A DNA stretch of 64,000 bases from positions 12,087,725 through 12,151,724 of the forward strand of contig NC_089285.1 of assembly GCF_963678975.1 (NCBI RefSeq), given 5' to 3'. This document shows positions 1-11,153 of the stretch, piece after piece. A program made the position numbers and the translations under genes. Each line of letters starts with the position of its first letter. The first letter of the stretch is position 1. Source of the stretch: Dysidea avara. Its lineage: Eukaryota. The notes beneath the pieces are model-generated. The model did no database searches. It had not been told where the DNA came from and saw nothing but the letters and a program-made list of their open reading frames with translations.

Positions 1-250
1 TCTAGCTGACCTCCCTACAGAGTGAATTGTTTGTAGCTGAATTCTGTACAGGTGATTTGTTTGTAGCTGAACTCTTTACAGAATGATTTCTTTGTAGCTG
101 AACTCTCTACAAGGTAACTTCTTCTAGCTGATCTTTCTACAGGGTGATTTGTTTGTAGCTGAATTTTCTACAGGGTGACTTGTTTGCAGCTGAACTCTCT
201 ACATGGTGGTTTCTTTGGAGCTGAAATCTCTACAACGTAAATTCTTCTGG
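1..250. repeat. Tandem satellite, about 31-bp unit (consensus CTACAGGGTGATTTGTTTGTAGCTGAACTCT) with a 5-unit (about 155 bp) higher-order periodicity
   Basis: Direct visual periodicity. The same array resumes at 1321-2640 in the same orientation. Confidence 0.9.
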
Positions 251-1320
251 GACATTGGAAACAGTGGAAATTGAAAACTGAAACTGAAGCCGAAAACTAA
301 AATTGGTCAAAACTTTATATTAATGGGTACCTCTTAACAAAGACCACCTCTGTAATAAGACCACCCGTATAATAAGACCGCCTCTAATAAGACCACCTCA
401 TTATAGTAGTTTTGTCAAGTAGGTCCAACAAAAGGGCTATAAGGTGTACTCATAATGTAATAAAGTATCAATCAATCTGACAGTACTTAAAAGTTAAAAT
501 GACAGCTGCAGGGTTGTACATAAGGATACACTATCTTACCATGCCAAGACCTATAGTCCATGGTCATGTCACAATGAAAATGGAGCAATTGCATGCATAA
601 TTTACTCTACTGATACTGGATTTGATAATGGATTTCTCATGAAATGTGCATGATTTAAGAGTTGCATAGTTAAATTAATGATCTTGGATTTTGTGTCTTG
701 GTAATAGTTAGACACTCGTGATAGATGTCTTCAAGGATTTAAAAACCTGAGGTGATGTCAATAATTACCTACGCCTCAGTAATTACTGATGTCACCTCAG
801 GTTTTTAAATTTTCGAAGATGCTTATTACGAGTACCTAACAATTATCAAGACACAAAGTCCAAGATCATTAATGTTGATTTTGTAACTACGCAACTCCTA
901 AATCCTGCACAATTCATGAGAAATCCTTTATCAAATCCAGCATCAACGGAGTAAATTATGCATGCAATTGCTCCATTTTCATTTGGGACATGACCATGGA
1001 CTTTATGGCTTGGCATGGTAAGATAGTATATCTTTGGCATGGTAAGATAGTATATCTTTTTGTACAACCCTGCAGCTGTCATTTTAACTTTTAAGTCCTG
1101 TCTGATTGATTGATACTTTATTACATTATGAGTACACCTTAGCCACTTGACATAACTACTATATAATAAGGTGGTCTTATTTTAGAGGTGGTATTATCAT
1201 ACAGGTGGTCTTATTATACAGGTAGTCTTTGTTAAGAGGTACCTGTTAATATGAAGTTTTGAACAATTTTAGTTTTTCAGTTTCAGTTTTCAATTTCCAC
1301 TGTTTCCAATGTCTCAATTC
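251..1320. mobile_element. Foldback-type element with a large inverted repeat: arms of about 480 bp (about 255-700 and 840-1320), centre near 770, inserted in the satellite
   Basis: The termini GACATTGGAAACAGTGGAAATTGAAAACTGAAACT (253-) and its reverse complement (-1318) are inverted. Internal blocks such as 490-700 are the reverse complement of 846-1082. The ORF at 846-1082 is an artefact of the inverted repeat. AATTCTTCT occurs on both flanks. Confidence 0.8.
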
Positions 1321-2640
1321 TTCTAGCTGATCTTTCTACAGGGTGATTTGTTTGTAGCTGAATTTTCTACAGGGTGACTTGTTTGCAGCTGAACTCTCTA
1401 CATGGTGGTTTCTTTGTAGCTGAAATCTCTACAAAGTGAATTCTTCTGGCTGATCTTTCTACAGGGTGATTTGTTTGTAGCTGAACTTTATACAAGGAAA
1501 CTTCTTCTAACTGATGTCTGTACAGGGTGAATTGTTTGTAGCTGAACTGTCTACAAGGTAACTTCTTCTAGCTGATCTCTCTACAGGGTAATTTGTTTGT
1601 AGCTGAATTCTGTACAGGTGATTTGTTTGCAGCTGAACTCTTTACAAAATGGTTTCTTTGTAGCTGAACTCTCTATAAGGTAACTTCTTCTAGCTGATCT
1701 TTCTACGGGGCGATTTGTTTGTAACTGAATTTTCTACAGGGTGATTTGTTTGCAGCTGAATTCTCTACATGGTGGTTTCTTTGTTGCTGAACTCTCTACA
1801 AGGTGAATTCTTCTAGCTGATCTCTCTACAGGGTGATTTGTTTGTAGCTGATCTCTCTACAAGGTGATTAGTTTGTAGCTGATCTCTCTGCAGGTTGATT
1901 TGTTTGTAGGTGAACTCTCTACAGGGTGATTTGTTTCTAGCTGATCTCTCTACAGGGTGATTTGTTTCTAGCTGAACTCTCTATAAGGTGATTTGTTTGT
2001 AGCTGATCTCTCTGCAGGTTGATTTGTTTGTAGCTGAACTCTCTACAAGGTGATTTACTTGTAGCTGAACTCCTTACATTGTGTCTAGTTTCTAGCTGAT
2101 GTCTCTACAGGGTGATTTATTTTGTAGTTGAACTCTCTACAGGGTGATTTGTTTCTAGTTTATCTCTCTACAGGTTGATTTGTGCGTAACTGATCTCTCT
2201 ACAAGCTGATTTGTTTGTAGCTGATCTCTCTGCAGGTTGATTTGTTTGTAGCTGATCTCTCTACAAGTTGATTGGTTTGTTGCTAATCGCTCTAAAGGTT
2301 GATTTGTTTGTAGCTGAACTCTCTGCAAAGTGTTTTGTTTGTAGCTGATCTCTCTACAGGGTAATTTGTTTGTAGCTGAACTCTCTCCACAGTGACTTGT
2401 GTATAGCTGAATTCTCTAGAGAGTGACTTAATTGTAGCTGAACTCTCTACAGGGTGCATGACTTGTTTATAGCTGAACTCTCTTCAGTGTGACTTGTAAT
2501 GTTCTGAATCTCTACAGTGATATATTTGTAGCTTAACTCTCCACAGGGTGACTTGCTTCTTGCTGAACTGTCTATAAGATTAACTGTTTGCAGCTGAACT
2601 CCCTACAGAATAACTTGTAATGTAATAGAATTCTATAATG
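1321..2640. repeat. Tandem satellite, same 31-bp family as 1-250, degenerating toward its 3' end
   Basis: About 40 head-to-tail units of ...TCTACAGGGTGATTTGTTTGTAGCTGA... Confidence 0.9.
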
Positions 2641-2805
2641 GAGTAAATAAATTAGCTGAATGCTCTATTAGGGTGACTGTTCTATTAGAGTATCTCGATC
2701 TCGCATTTGCTACACGGAGTTGACTTTCGAATAATAATTCAGTGGTTTGTAATCCGATTCTTCTATACTACTGCAAGGACTTTCTATGAAGATTATTCCA
2801 GCTAA

Positions 2806-3028
2806 GGTAAATGCGGGTATTTCCGGACAGCGTACAATTCCGGACACTTTGGTACCTTTATCAAGCTAGCCGAGGAACGAAACAACGGATTGCCTTGAAA
2901 TTTCTGCTGTGAATAGCTATTCTTATAGGGATTATAAAAATCGAAAAGTGTGTTCTAGTTGATTCATTCTTGGGTGCTATACACGAAGTGTCCGGAATTG
3001 TGCGCTGTCCGGAAATACCCGCATTTAC
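2806..3028. repeat. Near-perfect 44-bp inverted repeat (GGTAAATGCGGGTATTTCCGGACAGCGTACAATTCCGGACACTT and its reverse complement) separated by about 135 bp
   Basis: Read directly from the sequence with one mismatch. The flanking region 3045-3270 also has two about 35-bp direct repeats (..AAGCGGTTTRCCYWSTRGCGTGA..). Confidence 0.8.
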
Positions 3029-4794
3029 CTTATACACCGATTTTCAGCTCATTGCTCTAAGCGGTTTGCCTACTGGCGTGAAAACTAATACTTTTTTATT
3101 CATAAAAATCAATCGCGTAATTGTGACACAGGTTCGGTTTTGTGTCATATCTCCGTGGTCTTTATCTCGATTCCTTTCAAACCACCAAAAGGCACTCCTA
3201 CGATGTTTGCGCCATCTACATAGCAATTTTCAACTCATTCCATGAAGCGGTTTACCCTGTAGGCGTGACAACAAATCGATCTTGTTTTACGCAAATAATC
3301 GGTCATAACTCCTGAACCATTTATCGGATTTGCACCAAATTTGATGCTAGGATTCGCCTTTGGACTCCCTTTCTGCGTGCCAAATTTCAAGGCGATCGGA
3401 GTACGCGTTTGCGTTTTATAGCAATTTATGCAAGCGTGCGAAAACACGAAGAAGAAAACGAAGAAAAAAATTGAAACTTTGGCAGCTCGTATGAGTCGTA
3501 TCTCGGAAATGGCTGGAGCGATTTCCTTCACATTCGAAATGTAGACTCCTCTGGCTGGTAGGAAACCCTGTAGCAAATTTGGTTCCAATAGGATAAGGGA
3601 TCACCAAGATACAAAGGTGTGCAAATGACGTTTGCTTTCTTTCTGTAAATATACTCACGGTGTGGAGCGCCGGCTTCTTGGGCCGCACGACATACCGTGT
3701 GTCTTGATATTAGAATTATAATAACAATAATAATTATTATTATTACTAGGACCGCACTACATACAAAACCAAGTACATGTATCAACATGACAACCTAACA
3801 CCAGAGCAAGGCATAGACAGTGTGTATCTACCACACTGTTTACTGAAGAGAATAAAACACGTAACAATACATGACTGTTAGACTACTCTATTAAAGTATA
3901 TTGATCTGTGCAAATTTGAAAGCTGGACACACAGAGCTAAACAGGCAATTAAGTGTGTGTTCTTATTGACTGACTGCTCTATTAGAGTATCTCTACTATG
4001 CAATGCAACAAACTTACTTCCACCCTTCTTACAACTGTAATTTTAAAGATTCGTGCAATCAGCAGTACTGCTCTTTCTTTTAAGTCATGAAGGTCACACA
4101 TACCCTACATTATTAGAATATTTACAAAAACACATGGCAGCTTTGTAAGGTGGCATGCAATGATTAATTTTACAGTGAATGTACAACTGCAGATAGGCTG
4201 ATTTGATATTGAGTATATACATGGGTAGCGCGAAACTATGTGGCTATGAACTAAGCAAGGGGTCAGTCACATTCTGAAATTTTGTACAAGTCTTTTAAAA
4301 TTAATTAGAAATTAGAAATTTTGGTCTGAATTTTGAAAGTTTTGGCCTAAATCTTTTCATTAGCGCATGCCCCGCTATTGTCCTGTCCCACTTTTGGAAG
4401 AGCCCTGAGCTGCTGACAAGTTTTTCTTAAACTTTTCCTACTTATTGCAAACACTTGTAACGATGAAACACTCATTTTTAGGGATGTGGCGATTATGCTG
4501 GCATAATTTCAGGCAATATAGGTATAGTTATGCTAACCAGTTTGTGGTGTTTATCATAGTAAAGTTTTAACAATAGGAAAATCTGCAGATTGGCGATTGC
4601 ACAATTCCATTTAAGAAGATCAAGATACTCTAATAGAGCAGTCGCTGAATATTATTTACTCTAATAAAGCAGTCACATTGAAATGAAATACTCTAATACA
4701 GCAACCAGCTAAAGAATTCAAGACTACTTGAAGCTTAAACACATCAATGAATATGGTCTGATACAGCAATAAGAGCCAATTATGGTGGCATAAT

Positions 4795-5130
4795 TTTGGG
4801 AATAATGGGCAATTCAGGGGAGGATCCAGACTTTCAAAAGGGAGTTCTACTCTGGAATTGCAACTTCAGTCTACTGTAAGTCAAAGACCAAAGAACAAAA
4901 AAATGTCTAATCTGCTCACAATAGCTGCCCCTCACCATAGATTCCCTCAACAACTATATTTCCTTATTTGTATACTACATAATAACTTGCTACACTGCAT
5001 GCTCCTCTTAAAAATACTGCGACTGCTTTATTAGAGTATCTCCAGTGAGAGGCTCTTTCAAAAGGGGGGTTCCATGGAACCCTCCCCCCCCCCCCCCCTC
5101 CTGGATCCGCCCTGCAATTCTCAAAAGCAT
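4795..5130. repeat. Dispersed repeat family A (SINE/MITE-like). It ends with the 20-bp dispersed motif and a G-run/palindrome/C-run (GGGGGGTTCCATGGAACCCTCCCCCCC) followed by CCTGGATCCGCCCTG
   Basis: Homologous copies at 8096-8470 and 8625-9020, with partial or reversed copies at 28380-28560 and 29215-29285. Confidence 0.7.
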
Positions 5131-7168
5131 AATAGGTGACCTTGTGAGTGCTCAAAAGCATAATGCTCAATTTTTGGAACATGATAGCCTTATGTCTACT
5201 TAATTTCTCTACATAAAACTGTTACCCCAGCATTTTTATACATAATAGGCACCTGTAAAAATAATTATCTTATGACAGCTATTATAGCTACTTATAAAGG
5301 TTTCAGTTGCATTTCTAAAGGCCTAAATTTCTAAGTGAAATACATTGTTGGAGAGTGCTGTGAAAGATTTCTACTGTAGGTACATAATTATAGCTTGCTA
5401 TATTGATTGAACGTGCTCCAGCCCCTTTAAAAAGTTTGTATCTACCCACAGTAAAGAATTGTGTATCTTTAGGAAACATGTGCATATTTTTCTTTGCTAA
5501 ACCAAATTGTACTGGTCATTTTTGATTAAATTCTGAACCAAGAGTTAATAATAGTGGAGGGCCTGAACAATAAGCATAGAAACACCCAGAGTTGATTTAA
5601 CCCTTTGTAGTAATCAATCGTGCATGCATATAACTATGTATACCCTTCAGTGCTCGAAATAGTGTCAAAATATTGCACTGTCAAAAGGTCTGGACAAAGT
5701 CACCAATGACCTGTAATTAATTATGGTTGTCCAGTCACACTCAAAACGTACTTCAGCATGCAAATTCTAGGGGGTCTGGGGGCATTCCCACCAGGAAATT
5801 TTAAAAATTACAACTTCTGAGATCACATCTGGAAGCATTTTGAAAGGGTAACTTTAATCTGTGAATCACTTACATACTTTTTACCTTATACAGATATACA
5901 ATTAATTTTATTATTGATAGGAAACAAGAATTGATCAGTTTGTGTTATTGTACAATGACAATTTGTATCTTACATGTAGCTAATATCACAACAAAATCAA
6001 AATGTTACAATTATTGAATGTATTACTACACTGCTTTTAACTGATATTTACAGTAAGTGAAACAGTCATACCTATAGCTAAGTCAGTATTTCAAGCTCAC
6101 AAATAACTCCTGTTCCTAAGCTTAGTGATTTAGCAATTAATTGTATAAGCAATATTCATTTTTCTTTTAATCTTCAACTTTGCAGCCTCGCTATGGTTGG
6201 CTTGAGCCATTGCCCTTGCAATTGGTGCATATTTTATCAAGCTACTGGCTGCCTCCTTCCATATGCCATTGCTCACTTGTGCATATCAGTTGCTGAATGA
6301 TCCTTGAAGGTCAAAGCACGAATATTGGTTGTGCCTTCAATAAGGGCTGGCCTATAGCTAGTTTTGCATCAAGCAGAGCTTAACATTAAATTTAAAGCAA
6401 ACTTCACATTTTAGCATGGTCACATACTCCCGATCACCAGACACTGCTTCAAACCGCAACCATCGTGTTTACTATTTTCAGACACCCACTTCTCCACCAT
6501 TTCCTTTGCTACCACACGCTTATTAGTGCTTCTGCAACCATTGCTAGCAGTATCTTCACTGGCTCTCTTTTGTCTGGACAATTAGTCCAAATAAAATTAA
6601 ATAGAAACTTATTCAGTGCATTGTCCGGATAATTTCCGGTTGTCAAACATTATTTCAAGCACTAATTACCTTTCTCTATATAGGTTGCATGAAGGATGTA
6701 AAGAGCACTGATACAAATTTATATAGCTCTTTAAATTTTGATCTAGCTCTCCTTAGTCAAGAAGAAACAGAAACTGAATACCTATATACAGTGAGGCAGA
6801 ACACAAAAGCAAATGCAGGTTTAATTGATGATTCATGTGGTATTACATACATAGACAGTGCAGAATGGTAATGAAGGTTTCATCTTATGCAGAAAAAAAA
6901 CTATTAGAAAAATTAATTGTGGACAATTAACTGACAGGATAAATAATTAATGTGCTATGCTCTTTTCTAAAAGTACAATTTCTTGACTATGCATGGAACC
7001 AGTGGCATTGCAGACATGGAAGTAGCAGAGCAGGTAGTTGTAAAACCAGGAACAGAGAAATAGGAAATGGGAAACAAGAAGTGGGTGGAAATGGAATTCC
7101 TTCACTGCAGAACACTCTTCATTTGTAAATTGAAGGGGTAGCAGAGCACAGGTTTTCTCACAACTTAA

Positions 7169-8093
7169 GCAGCAGTGACTGCTGTATTAGAGTGTTTGCA
7201 ACTCAATTGCTAAAAAATCATAATATAACTGTACTAACAGAATGGCAATTGTATAATGTCTTGGTACAATTTCAAATCTATCAATTAGATAAAGTCCAGA
7301 GAAGTGCAGCCAATTTCATTACAAATTACTTTTCTCTATTCAGTAGTGTAACCAGCATGCTGGACCACCTAACCTGCATGGCCAACTTCAGAACAAAAGA
7401 AGAAAATGTCTTAAGCTACTTATGCTCTTTAAATTGATTCACAGTCTTGTTGAAGTCTCATCAATCACTCTAACTCCCTTAACCTCATGTACTTGCGGTC
7501 ACTCTTGTCATTATGCCATCAGTCCACCAATTAGAACTGAAACATATTTACATTCTTTCTTACCTTTAGCAGTAAAATTATGGAATAATCTACCTCAATC
7601 ACTAATGATGTTGATGATTTATACAAGAACTTGAACTCTACTTATACCCCTTGCACCCCTGTATGATTATCTGTGTTTGTAAACTCTTGAGGTTTTACAC
7701 ACAATAGTCAAATTTCTGATGGCGGATAATGCATATCACCCTAGGTGGTATCAGTGGCTTAAATTGAAGTGACAGCTCTATCACAGTATGATCAGAGTAT
7801 TATTACAAGTTTAACGTCATTATGAGCTTCTGAGAAATTAATATACATGTCAGCCTGAATTTAAGCCTTAATGTCATTTGAGTTTGTAGTAGCAGTGCAT
7901 TTGCTAGCTGACTATAATTATATTCTATTAGAGCAGTCACTTCAGCTTAAGCCACTACCACCAGGATGATCTACATTATCCACCATCAGAATTGACCCAA
8001 GACATTATACAATTGCCATTCTGTTAGTACAGTTAATATGCTTATGATTTTTTAGCAATTGAGTTGCAAAATACTCTAATACAACAGTCACTG
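7169..8093. mobile_element. Non-autonomous DNA transposon (MITE-like, about 925 bp) with about 90-bp terminal inverted repeats that begin AGCAGTGACTGYTGTATTAGAGT
   Basis: 7170-7265 is the reverse complement of 7975-8093. The TIR tip contains the dispersed 20-bp motif. Confidence 0.65.
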
Positions 8094-8095
8094 CT

Positions 8096-8470
8096 ACTTC
8101 AGCCCAGGGCCATCCAGAGAAATTAAGGGACCCAAGAATAAAGTGGGGCCCCAGAGGCAAGGAGGGTTCCACTCTGAATACACAACATCAGCCTAGCTAT
8201 AAATCAAAGACCAAAAAAAAAGAAACAAAGGTTGTTACATGCTGACAACGGCAATAACTGCCCTTACCAACTATGTATCCTTATTTAAAAGCTTGTTACA
8301 CTGCTCCTCTAATGTATACTGTGACTGCACTATTAGAGTATCAAGATCTTTTAAACAAGTATTCAAGGGGCCCTTCATCAATGGGGACCCCTTTTAGGCT
8401 GAGGCCTGGAGCAAAATGTCGCAGTTTCCCCCTCCCCCCCATGTGCGGCCCTGCCTCAGCCACCAAAGTC
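8096..8470. repeat. Repeat family A copy
   Basis: Aligns to 4795-5130 and 8625-9020 (…GGTTCCACTCTGAATMCACAACWTCAGCCTARCT…AAGACCAAAAA…). Confidence 0.7.
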
Positions 8471-8624
8471 GTGAGAAAATCTGTGCTCTGCTACCCCTTC
8501 AATTACAAATGAAAAGTTTTCTGTAGCAAAAGAATTCCATTTCCACCCATTTCTCCATCTCGTTTCCTATTTCTCTGTTCCTGGTTTTACCACTATCTGC
8601 AGCAGAGCACTCTCCCAATATACA

Positions 8625-9020
8625 GGGCCGCCCAGAGAAATTAGGGGGCCCAGGGCAAAGAGCTAAAGAGGGGCTCAGGGGCAAGGAAGGGTTCCACTCT
8701 GAATCACAACTTCAGCCTAACTGTAAGTCGAAGACCAAAAAGAAAAAAAAAGGTTATTACATGCTCACAATGACAATAGCTTCCCATCACCAATCATATC
8801 TCCTTTAATTATAACTTGCCACACTGCTCCTCTGAAGAATACTGTGACTGCTCTATTAGAGTATCTAGATCCTGACTGCTCTATAAGAGTGTATCGATCT
8901 TTTAAACAGGTATTCGGGGGGCCCTTGGTGGGGCCCCTTTCAGGCTGGGGCCCCTTTCAGGCTGGGGCCCCTTTCAGGCTGGGGCCCAGGGCAAAATCCC
9001 CCAGTTCCCCCCGTGGGTGG
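8625..9020. repeat. Repeat family A copy, with a 3x tandem GGGGCCCCTTTCAGGCT at 8936-8986
   Basis: Aligns to the other family A copies. Two tandem copies of the 20-bp motif lie at 8848-8900. Confidence 0.7.
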
Positions 9021-9307
9021 TCCTGCCAATATATAGTATAATATATGCAGCTCTTCCACTAGGTTGCCTGAATGAAAGTATTCGGTAGTAATTTATACAC
9101 TTGGAATGGTTATGATTATACAATACCATTAATATTATGATTCTTTATTATTACAGATAGCATGATATACAAACTGATTAAACAACTGTCAGTTTGTTGA
9201 GTATTTATTCTGGGAGTAATTAAAAAGATCCTTGTTTATAATTATGTGTGCATGTATATAGCTGGTTATAAATGGAATATGTTAACTGAACTTCCAGTGC
9301 TTACAAG

Positions 9308-9594
9308 TTGAGCTGGATCCTGAAAAACAGCTAAAAATTAATCAATTTTTTTTCTCAACAGCCAACTAGGTGACAGCAAAGATGTCTATGCACAGTTTGG
9401 CTTCATTACAAGTTCAGGAAAGGACTGTAATGTATACTGAACTATTATGGCTTCCCCGTAGAATGAAATTTTATAAATAATACTGAATCAGACTTTGAAA
9501 TATTTGTGTGTCAAGCAGTTCTACAAATTAGCCAAATTTCAAGATTGTGTATAATTGCATCCACGAGTTATACATTTTTGAGGATCCAGCTCAA
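9308..9594. mobile_element. MITE with 20-bp terminal inverted repeat TTGAGCTGGATCCTSAAAAA
   Basis: Left TIR at 9308-9328, right TIR (reverse complement) at 9574-9594. Confidence 0.6.
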
Positions 9595-9970
9595 TGTGTA
9601 TGTACTATAGGAAAAGAACTAGACTGACAAGCAACACTAAAAAATGCAGCCATGCAAACGATGGAATATGGTCACCCCATAACAAGGATCACTTTTAAAG
9701 TGAAGTGCATAAGGTAAGACAAGTGCATACTGTCAGTCAAATCTCAGCATGAACAGATCATGTGATGTAATGTGTAACCATCATATTTACATAATCAAAT
9801 TGTTTATATACAATACATACTGTACAATCTTATTGCTATTGTTTCTTTTTCTTTTTTCCTTTACCAGAGATGGGCAGATTGGGTAATTTGAAGTGAGTCC
9901 TGTAAATACGGATAATCTTATTACAACACTATAATTAGTCATGTGAACAATATGACAGTGTAATCGTAAG

Positions 9971-10222
9971 TACAGTAGGACCTCCATTATCCGAACACTT
10001 GTGTGCCAGCTGAATCACAAAAGTGTTCAGATAAGTGAATTTGTTTGGATAAATGAAGCCCATTGATTTATATACAGAGCTTTGTTGAACTACTCTAATA
10101 GAACATACACCTGTGACAAAATATTCTAATAGAACGTACACCAGTTGACAAAATACCCTAATAGAACAGTCACCGCTACTGTTCGGATAATCGAAGTTCG
10201 GATAATTGAGGTCCTACTGTAA
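9971..10222. mobile_element. MITE with TIR TACAGTAGGACCTCMATTATCCGAAC and three internal tandem copies of the dispersed motif (TAYTCTAATAGAAC..)
   Basis: TIRs at 9971-9996 and 10196-10222. Related to the MITE at 37056-37253 (TIR TACAGTRGAACCTCAGTT) and to a fragment at 57520. Confidence 0.75.
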
Positions 10223-11153
10223 TTGTAAATTTTGGATTGAGGCGTAGCCTGTACATCCGTGTAACAAACAAGAATGTTATCATACCATAGCCCCCAAAAT
10301 TAGCCAAATAGTGCACACTTTTTCATAAAAGCATGAAACTTTCCACATAAATAGTACTCCTCATGACATAAATTTTTTGATATAGTGCCATTGCAGATAT
10401 GAACTCGTGGCCACTTTTGCACAGAAATTTGAGCATTTCTGCCTCTGCCAATACTTGACATGGTAAAACATGGTACCAAAGTAAAGATATTGTTAAACAA
10501 AACACTTTGTTTTTATTTGGTTTTTATTTAAAATTAATAAGTAATTCCATTTTGAAGTTGTGATCGCTTTTATTAGCTACAGATTCTTTGAGTTTACCTG
10601 CCCTTGGGAAGTAAATTATCCATGGGGAGGTAAATTATCTCAAAATTCATGTGTAATATAAATGATAAATTACCTATTAAGTTTAAAAAAAACTAAGTTG
10701 TTTTGTGCAATAAGATCTATATTTTGGTACCATATTTTAACAAGTTAATTAACACCTCAGGAAAATAAAGACAGAAATGATCGAATTTCTGTGCAAAAAA
10801 TGGCCATAAATGTCACCAAAGGTCAAATCTGCGATGGCACTATATCAAAAACTTATATCATGAGGCGTACTACTTATGTGGAAGTTGCTTTTATGAAACT
10901 GCATGAATTTTTCGTTGTGGCACTATACTATACAGGGCATCGAAATGATAAACCAAAAGCCATAGTAGGTACTTTCCGCATTGCTAGTGTACCATAGCAA
11001 TGATTATGTGGTATGTCCACTACCTGTACTTCAATTTTAGCATTACACTTTACAAGTGTAAGATAGATTAGTGTAGGGATCATAAAATAAAAAGCAATAA
11101 ACAAGGGAAGTCATCTACATCAGTAGCTTTATATAGAGTTCAGCCATACACAG

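Noticed and set aside
846-1082. ORF 846-1082 (- strand) and the mirrored + strand reading
   Set aside because: It lies inside the arms of the foldback inverted repeat. The two ORFs are reverse-complement images of each other with no homology.
1-2640. Regular short direct repeats that could superficially resemble a CRISPR array
   Set aside because: The units are contiguous with no unique spacers. The sequence is eukaryotic (spliceosomal introns, metazoan genes), and a foldback element interrupts the array. This is a satellite.
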